From Tubiluchus corallicola (taxonomy: Eukaryota; Animalia; Priapulida): a stretch of 64,000 bases of DNA. Positions 55,220 to 64,000 of this stretch are shown here, in pieces; position 1 is the first letter of the stretch, and each line of letters opens with the position of its first letter. The notes below the pieces were generated by a model. It was not told the DNA's origin. It ran no database searches and was given only the letters and a program-made list of their open reading frames with translations. The DNA lies in contig JAQGDQ010000250.1 in NCBI GenBank assembly GCA_030141605.1, positions 1 through 64,000 on the forward strand, read 5' to 3'. The translations under genes were made by a program, and so were the position numbers.

Positions 55220-55620
55220 TACTGACTGACTGACTGACTGACTGACTGACTGACTGACTGACTGACTGACTGACTGACTGACTGACTGACTGACTGACTG
55301 ACTGACTGACTGGCTAGCTGGTTGACTGGCTGACTGGCTGACTGACTGACTGACTGACTGACTGACTGGCTGACTGACTGGCTGGCTGACTGACTGACTG
55401 ACTGACTGACTGACTGACTGACTGACTGACTGACTGACTGACTGACTGACTGACTGACTGACTGACTGACTCACTGGTTGACTGGTTGACTGACTGACTG
55501 ACTGACTGACTGACTGACTGACTGACTGACTGACTGACTGACTGACTGACTGACTGACTGACTGACTGACTGACTGACTGACTGACTGACTGACTGACTG
55601 ACTGACTGACTGACTGACTA
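55220..55620. repeat. (ACTG)n tetranucleotide microsatellite
   Basis: Seen directly; explains the SQSV ORF. Confidence 0.97.
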
Positions 55621-55884
55621 GTCGGCTGCTCAATTTAGTGAATGCGTTAGTCGGCTGCGTTACATCGCAGCATTTCTGTAATTCTTTGAAATTATAATTA
55701 AATAAATGAAATGACGTAACGTGTGTTATTAATATTGATTGTTCTGGCAGAACCGGAATTTTTGTAACTGTCAAAGATAATCCTCCGTAATGAGATATTA
55801 ACTAGAGGAGAATGTGTCAATCGTATTTGTGTTTATTCATTTAATTCCTGAAAGAGAAAAGTAGGTAAGTCCCCAGGACATACC

Positions 55885-56003
55885 TGTGAAACCGCCGACT
55901 GACAACTTTCCCGAAGGCGTCCATCCAAGTGCTGGCCATATCCCGGCATGCTTAATTTCTGGTTAAGCGCACACCGTGATCACTTAGCTCTGTCAATCGC
56001 CAC
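55885..56003 (-). mobile_element. Degenerate 5S-like SINE head
   Basis: TCCATCCAAGTGCTGGCCATATCCCGGCATGCTTAATTTCTGG resembles the 5S reverse complement (CCCATCCAAGTACTAACC...TGCTTA). Confidence 0.45.
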
Positions 56004-56350
56004 GTCTCACACAAAACAATTAATTCATCATTAATTCCTTGGTGTGAATATCGCTTTGTTTGCACCTAGGCGGGTGAATATTTGAGTAGTGGCCTGTAAA
56101 TGTTTGTGCTGCCCAGGTAAACTCATTACAGCGAAAGGTGAGCAAATAGCGTTAATAATACTATATTGCTTGCACGGCTTCCATATCAGTTATTAAATGC
56201 TCCATGGTATTATTATTATTTATAAATGCGCTAGTTTCTATTATTTCTTATTACTAGGCATATTATGTTGACGTGTTGGAAAGTTAATCTCGTATACGGT
56301 GTACCTGACCAGTTAAATCTGCGAATTCAGAACACAAGGCCAGGCGTTAA

Positions 56351-56432
56351 AGCACAGGAAAATACTCTTCATAAAAAAGCTTAAAAAATTAGTCTTGAAA
56401 TTTTATATTATCTACATGTCTTACTGCATACA
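56351..56432. mobile_element. Terminal fragment of MITE family C
   Basis: TTAA|AGCACAGGAAAA...AAAAAGCTTAAAAAATTAGTCTTGAAATTTTATA matches the reverse complement of about 28380-28445; truncated at a (CT)n tract. Confidence 0.65.
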
Positions 56433-56434
56433 TT

Positions 56435-56476
56435 TCTCTCTCTTTCTCTCTCTCTCCTCTCTCTCTCTCTCCTCTC

Positions 56477-56563
<87 letters not shown>
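56435..56563. repeat. (CT)n microsatellite
   Basis: Seen directly. Confidence 0.97.
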
Positions 56564-56565
<2 letters not shown>

Positions 56566-57721
56566 ATTTACTTTAAAAGAAACGCATTAGTTTGTCATAA
56601 ATTTATACAATTTATACAAGTGGTGAAAGATATTATTTACAAAAATCTACTGTACTTTTTATTACTTCGGGTTAGCTGAGAATATACAGTGTGAAAAAAA
56701 ACAGTAAGATAAATAAATTTATATTTTTTGTTATAATTATAACGATGCAGAGTAAGCTTAACATAAATATGGGCAAACTTTCTGAACCATAGTTACTACT
56801 AGTTCTAGTTGAGATTATTTATATAGTTTGTACGTGAATGTTGTATTTTGTGTAATTATTTTTCTTGTATTATATGTACAAACAATATCTGAGTATTGTG
56901 TGTCAACTTGTTCCTACCATTGTCTAGAATTATTCATAATGTCTTTTTGTGCGACTTGTTTTAGGATCTAGTTGTACTTTTGTTACCTGTGTCATAATGT
57001 ATAATTGTATTTCCTTGGATGTATTAGATTGAAATGATTCATTGTACACCTGCAAAAAGAGGTTAATAAAAGAGTTATAATAATAATAATAATAACGCTA
57101 TATAATACTAGTAACTTTAAGCTCTTTCGATGACCATCAGGCGCAGCCATTTTACATACAAGTTTAGATAACATAGCGCGAAGTTCGAAACAATCATTCG
57201 TGACGCATTCTTCGCTAAGCCAGAGTTTAAATTACTACATGTTTTCAATATGATCAATGTCCTTTTTCGTGAATCAATGATGCACACTGAGATGGCGAAT
57301 GTAGTTCCGTTTTACCTGCGTGGCGTAAACATTTTAAATTACTGTATAACGAATTTTCTTTTTCAATTACGTAACTATTTCAAACAGGTAAGCGTAATAC
57401 TAAGCAACATAACTTTGTATGAAAATTTTTTTTGTGATATTAAAATTCCATTTTTCCAATTTTAAACGAATTTTGCAACCACAGATGAAAACTTGCTGCT
57501 TGCCGTTATTGCTACTGTGTTATGTATGCATGTGACCAAAAATCTTTTCTTTCATTCTCTATTTTTTCTTCTAATCTTTATTATTTTGTCTTTTTATTAT
57601 TAAGCGTAAAACACGTTAAATTAAGTAGGATAATCGTACATAATAGGTTACATTTGTTACTCTTAGCCAACACTTTTCTTTTTTCTTTCTGGATACAAAG
57701 AGCCCTAATTATTTTGGACTT

Positions 57722-57854
57722 TATTTCATTTGGTGCTCAGCCCCACCTCCCACTGCTAACAGGTATTTTCATTTGGTTCCCCATCGCCACCTCCCACTGC
57801 TGACAGGTATTTTCATTTGGTTCCCCAGCCCCACCTCCCACTGCTAACAGGTAT
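57722..57854. repeat. 44-bp tandem repeat, about 3 copies
   Basis: CCACCTCCCACTGCT(A/G)ACAGGTAT starts at 57743, 57787 and 57831. Confidence 0.92.
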
Positions 57855-58398
57855 CTTACCCTCAGTTTGGTCTCCCAGATGGGCATAAATCACACCATCG
57901 CTCTGCAATCGAATTTTGCAACTTAGTTACGAACGAGGACAGTAACCAGAAAATTAACATTGCCTTTTGTAATAGACAGGCTGGATAATCGCTTCTCGGC
58001 ACTTGTGTGCGGCTGCTTTCCTACCTGCCTGTCTGCATTCTTGCTTATTTGCCCGCCAACCTGCCAATACCGCATTTACTAAAGCGAAAAACATCGATCA
58101 AAATTTCGCCCATTATGAAATTGTTTGAATACCTTAATTGTCTAACTAATCTGTTGGACAAATTAAGTCCATTTAACATAGAAGACACATGGAGGACTTA
58201 ATACACAGTTTTGAAATATGCGTATACCCACTTCCGTCATATAACGAATTTACAGCAAAATGTAACTGTAATGCTAATATCATCATGCATGACTTTAAGA
58301 TTTTTATACATCTCAGACGTACAAATGTTTTGTACTGTAAATTTTTCAAAATTCTGTTATACGTACTTTTTGATTTTTTTGTACTGCGCAATAAAAAA

Positions 58399-58589
58399 TT
58401 ATGTTATGTTATGTTACGTTACGTTACGTTACGTTACGTTACGTTGCGATGTGTTGCGTTGCATTACATTGCACTGGGTTGCGTTACACTACGTTATGCT
58501 GCGCTGTGTTGTGTTGTGTTGTGTTGTGTTGTTAGGTTATGTGACGTGACGTGACGTTGCGTTGCATTACGTGATGTGATATTATGTTA
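58399..58589. repeat. (GTTAC/GTTGT/GTGAC)n pentanucleotide microsatellite
   Basis: Seen directly. Confidence 0.93.
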
Positions 58590-59212
58590 GGAGCCACAAT
58601 CAGGGCTACACTGAGTGACATTAACATGAGCAGATATTGTCGTAGAAGCAATTTACTATTCTTGTCCTGCGCTTGTAAATTAATCTCGTGCTACGTCACA
58701 CAGCAAAAGTCCAGCTAAAATTAACTAAATCCAAACCGTCAATAACGTAGAATTATTTGAACTACCTAAGCAAGAAGATTTAATGACAAACAACAAGCTG
58801 CGTTCAAACTGGCTTCGTCTAAATCTTGTGTAGAAAATTGCTCTTTCATGTGATTGTCGCCATTGTAGCTTATATTATTAAAACTTTGTCAGTAATTATC
58901 GCGAGGCGCACTGACAATCGATTTCTTCCTGCCATTTCCAGCCGCAAACGAACGCGACGCGAAGGAATAAGCATAGGAAAAATCCCGGTTATCCTGAAAT
59001 GCATTCTGGACTGAAATATGTTGGGACCCGGTCCAGCATTTCCTCTGCGTCCTGATTTAATATGGACTAGGCTTAGCTTTACGTCACCGGTGACCGACTG
59101 ACGACCTGACTTGCGATCTGATCCAATCATCAAATTCCAAATGTTACTTACATGTACAATAATACGCGTATTTTATGTAAGTATATATATAAGCTACAAT
59201 GGCTACATATAT

Positions 59213-59257
<45 letters not shown>

Positions 59258-59274
59258 CATATATATATATATAT

Positions 59275-59571
59275 TGCACGTCCTCTGACATTACTCTTGC
59301 AGTCACTTTAGACCACGCTGTCCTGTACCCCGCAACCTCCCACGTCTCTGTATTTTTGATATCTAATGGTTTGCTGATAAGAACTTTTTGGATGGAATTA
59401 ACGTGAGTCAGTAGGTGTCTTTCTTGCGATTTCTTTTCTTTCTGCAGTGCTTTTTGAACGCTAATTTTAATGGACTGTCATCTGGCAGTCGTATAAGATG
59501 TCCTATTCATCTTAATCTTCTCCTTTTCATTTTAACTGTCCATTCCCCTGCCTTGACTTCATTATATAAAG
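59275..59571 (-). mobile_element. RTE-like LINE 3' fragment running into a (TA)n tract (59205-59274)
   Basis: Minus strand translates LYNEVKAGEWTVKMKRRRLR*IGHLIRLPDDSPLKLAF, homologous to the 31.3 kb fragment (LYEKIKEEPWTKKIKRRSLRWILHMLRLPDDVPVK). Confidence 0.85.
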
Positions 59572-59659
59572 TATATATACATTGACAATAACTTATCTTG
59601 CGTCGTTCATCATTAATAATTGAACTGCAATGCATCGCAATAGATGTACATATATATAT

Positions 59660-60085
59660 TGCAACGTGGGCGAAATGCTGTTTATTTCACACCTCCCCCA
59701 CCCCCACATTGTGATAGTTTGATTCATTACGAAGTCACGCCACAAACTATCTACTACACAGTCTACTACAAACTGCCCATGCGGAATGTCCTTGTCGATT
59801 CAGCAGCCAGGCGGACAGGTGCGTGCACCATCTAAGCACCTGTCCCGTAGTTCAACGAAATTTGGAAGACATAAAATAAGTTACTGCAAGTCTTATACAT
59901 TAATTCCTCTGTTCTGTCGTTCACTTTGGACTAAACAAAACACTGGCTGAAACACACAACTTCTATATGACCCAAGCAGAACCCAGCGTTGAACCTAGAC
60001 GTCTTGACCTTCAGAAAGCCGGAATTCGAACCGTCCAGGGCGAGCTACTACAACCCCCTGGTGGTGATGGCCCGCCGACGTTACA
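59660..60085. mobile_element. Solo-LTR-like element, copy 3
   Basis: TGCAACG...CGTTACA termini, flanks ATAT/GTAT; colinear with 14216-14584. Confidence 0.65.
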
Positions 60086-62341
60086 GTATATATGCACTAG
60101 TCACTGTACGGGTTTTGCATGTTTGGAAAACGTAAAAACTTCAAATTTCATTATGAGCAATAAAATTATTTCTAACCCTAATTTATGTGTAATTTTAAAG
60201 TGCTAAACTTCTATTATAAACTGTCCATGCGGAACGCTACCGTCAACGACGGCTGTGCCACGTAATAGGAATGAAAACTTGAACTCCGTTCTTGGAATGA
60301 GACCAAAAATCACATTAGCCATCGAAACCAGCGGGTGTAGTTTAAAAAAGTACATTATTAATTTTACATGACAATACAATAAGGTTCAAACTAAAACAGT
60401 GTGTTTATATGAAATAAACGGGTAATATAAACTGATAAAATTGTCTTCACGACTTTTTCTCTCACTGAGACTTTCAAACACTGAGTTGTGCGTGACAAAA
60501 ATTTCTTTAAAATTAACTCTTCTTACACTGTTGCAGTGTAACAAACGAATCTGGATGCAGAGCAGACTTGTCGTTTTATATTCATTTTTGCAGGAAATCA
60601 CGAACTCCTCACTCCTCAACACGTCACGAAGTCAAGAATGTAACTAGGCCATTATAACAGGCCTGAACAGTAAGCTTATTTTCGGTCCATTTTCTAATAC
60701 TCGAACACAAAACACGCCACCTCTAAATTTAATTTAAAATACAACACTAGATAAACGAATGTGCGTATTTATTTAGACATCGTGAGAAGATGACTCATTT
60801 TACAGGCCAACACGAAATAAATACTTAATAATAAAAGACCTTATCTGACTGGTAAAGTTTCAGATTCGCACGCGAAGGATTCCTGTCGTAAATCACGCTA
60901 TATCAGTGTCGCGCTGTGTTGTTTCATTAAAGGGACGCTAATTGCCCGTCGACTCGTCAACAAATTTCTTAGTTAATTACAGCTTCTGACTTGTTCACTT
61001 TCTAAGCTTGTGCACAGTTGTCATGGAGCAACAGTTTCGTAAGATTAAATATTGAATCATGCTTGAAAATAAACTGACGTCAGTCTTAAATAAAAATTAA
61101 TATTAACCCAACCAGTGTGGGAAGTGTGACTCCTAAGTTTATGCTTGGGTATTTAAGTATCCTTAGGCTTACTACATGACAATGTGCGCAGGTAAAATAT
61201 TGCAGCAATGCTTTTCATAAACAAATACGCCTAATTGCAAGTCTCCATGCAGGCATACGGTCCACTTGCTTTCGGTAAAATGGTCCTAGTCCACTCTTAC
61301 ATATACGGCCCTAGTTAGTTATCTGTTATATTAATTTCTTGGTGATATGTATGGATGTAGTATTATTCCCTGGACATCTGTCTGGTGTTTCAGACGGTAA
61401 GTGTCGCCATCTGTCAACGGTCGTACAAACTTGCGATAGAGAAAAATCCTTCCGCCTATTAAGATATGCCCATACAACTGTAGAAAAATGAATCTTGCAA
61501 CAGACTTTTTTGCAAGTAAAAATTTTTTTTACTAAAAGACAGATTAGTAAAATAAAAGACAAACTATTATTTCTTTCTTCGTTGTTCATTTTTATTATTA
61601 TATACACCTTCTTCATTATTTAATTTTGGTTCATTGTGTTCCTCTTACTGTAAAATTATTAATAATTATTAGTGTTTAATATCATTAGCTACCAACCAAA
61701 TTTTTTAAGAGGTACTTCTGTGATTCTCTCTTGCGTTTTTCGTTTGCTGTGCTTCTGTGTTTTCTACGTACTTATACCTTTTCAAATGTGATTATTTTAT
61801 GTGTTATTAGTACAAATAAAAAATTCACCCCCAAAATTTGCATTTGTAATTTAATGTGATTTATCTCCCTTTCTCATTCACTTGAAAATATCGTACAGTG
61901 GTTTTTGAAACGTCGTGTTTTTCTTTCTTTTTCTTGTTTTTTAATTGCAGGATTTTTTAATTAATTACCTAATTCACTGCCATGATTCATCATTCTTCCT
62001 TTCCTGTGTAGTCTAACCGTTTTCCCCTGTTCTTTTTTTTGGTGCACTTGTTAATCTGCTTATACAAGCCTTTGTTTCTTTAGTTCACTGCAGAGCAATT
62101 ATTCTTTTATAATAATGATAGTGTATAAATACTATAAGACATAATATTACCCTAATACTGTACTATGATGTAACAATACTGGTACATGTAGTTAGTTGCG
62201 CTGTTTGTCGTTAAGAATTATCTTGTTTTATCCACCTACAGAGTTTTCAAAAAATGGTTAAAACGTTTGTAACAAAAAATAGTAATAATGATCCAATCAT
62301 TACACTTTCGCTTGAATACAAATAATCTAGGGTCTCCTTTC

Positions 62342-62702
62342 GGCCGGATTGCTCCATAGACTAGTGTAGGCTGCAGCTACCCTCAAGCTTTGGAAATAAC
62401 TGGGAAAAAATTGTTTTTAAAGTACGGTTGTGTTAAAATATGTGCTAATTTAGTTTGCAATAAAAAGTAAAATATAGGTATTTCTTAAGGAATATTTTTA
62501 TTGACAAGCAAAAGATAGCTATTCTAGGTTATTCAAAGAATTTGCTGTAAGCTGACTGCAAGCTACGCAAATGTTGCTAAAATATAATTATCACACAAGT
62601 AAAAAATATTCAAGACGGGTGTGGGTGAGTTAGATGGTAAGTGCATCTGAGGAGGCCCCATAATTTCGCTAACCTAGGAGCCCCAGAAGTCATAATCCGG
62701 CC
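62342..62702. mobile_element. hAT-like MITE, degenerate
   Basis: Inverted termini GGCCGGATT / AATCCGGCC with GGCCCC/AGCCCC subterminal motifs. Confidence 0.55.
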
Positions 62703-64000
62703 ATAGGTCACCTATATAATAATTATTAAATGAAATTAATACTAGTACTCTGGTAATTGATCCTCTCCATGCGTACTAAAAAATTATTTTAAAAAAACAC
62801 GAAATAGTACTAGTAAAACTTTATTTGAAAAATTTGTTGCAATTAAAATTTAATTAGTATAGTGATTATTATATAAAAATACACTTGACCTCAATAATGG
62901 TTCTTTTATCTTTAAATTTTATTGCTGTGGTAGCCAAAAAAAGAGAACTGAGAGCCTGAGACTGAGAGTAGGTTGCTGACACGTGAATGAACACCACGTG
63001 ACCTCTCATTATTAATCCGCCGATGAACTATTTTCCTTGGCGATTTAGGAATCATTCTCTTTATTCTGGAATTTATTTTAAAACAGATATATGGTAAAAT
63101 ATACTGCTGGCCGTGTGTTGTTTTAATGTGTGCTTAATTTTTTTGTTTCGCTTGTACTTCCGGAGTAAAGTGACTGTTGCGCAATCAAATTCGTATGAGT
63201 AAATCGGTCGAATGCGTCACAGCCGGCTCCTTCTTTTCGTACACGCTACCATTGCAGTAACATGTCATATGCTTCAGAAGATATTAGGTAAGGAATTCAC
63301 ACATCTTTATCGACTATTAATAATATCTTTGCAGTCTGTTTATAACGTAATTACGTACTAGTTTTGTCCTGCTGTGTTGTAGATTGTAGGTTACCTGTTA
63401 AACTTTTGCTTTCTCTGTTAAACAAGGACAGGTCATATTTCGAAATCAATCATGGTTGCCTTTGAGTGAACTTAATTTTTGATTGTAGCGAGCCGGCGTT
63501 TGTTTTTACATATATGTGTTTCATATGTGGTGTGTGGTTTCACGGAATAACAAACTATGTTACGTAAACATTTTTAATTTAACAGTGTTAACAGATATTG
63601 GTGCAGGACATTGGAAGTGGTATTTCAAGTGCTTGTTTTACTACTGTTCAGCAACTTACAGTTAGGTCTGTCATAATAGGTCTACTGCGTAGTACAGGCG
63701 AACTGCCATTAATATTTCAGATATGAGATATTTGCTGCAAGAAGTTATTAACGTATTATTTATTAATTTATTAAGTGTTTTATTGAGATTTAAATTTAAT
63801 AATTATTTGACACTGTTTATAACACTATCAGCTGTGAAGAAATTATTTACATAAACCCATAGAAGTTTTCTAAATATATACATCAAAATGCTATGTGTTG
63901 TGAAAGATGGTAGATAATGTGCACAACTCACCAATAACTTGTTACAAATACTTAGTACAAATAAGTTTGCACAGCTTAATAAACTGGTTTCAAGTTGTGC

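Overview
AT-rich, repeat-dense animal genomic DNA (probably invertebrate; not prokaryotic, no CRISPR). The only convincing host gene is the 5' half of a class A (rhodopsin-like) peptide GPCR on the minus strand. Coding exon 27339-26900 covers the N-terminus to TM3 and coding exon 21081-20958 covers ICL2-TM4; they join through a phase-2 intron inside the E-R-F motif. I could not find the TM5-TM7 exons, which probably lie left of the window. The rest is intronic or upstream DNA with microsatellites, minisatellites, Kolobok-, hAT- and Harbinger-type MITEs, a non-autonomous Helitron, RTE LINE fragments, a 5S-rRNA-headed SINE with an RTE-like body, solo-LTR-like elements and integrase/transposase relics. 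Most notable: (1) a palindromic Penelope-pLTR-like element just inside the GPCR intron, with a minimal hammerhead ribozyme motif on each strand, split by a later hAT MITE, with the better-preserved ribozyme in sense to the pre-mRNA; (2) three different MITE families whose inverted partner copies are nested across about 37 kb around the GPCR exons; (3) an unusually basic predicted ligand pocket (K2.61, K3.32). All calls are by eye; family names come from recalled motifs, not database searches.
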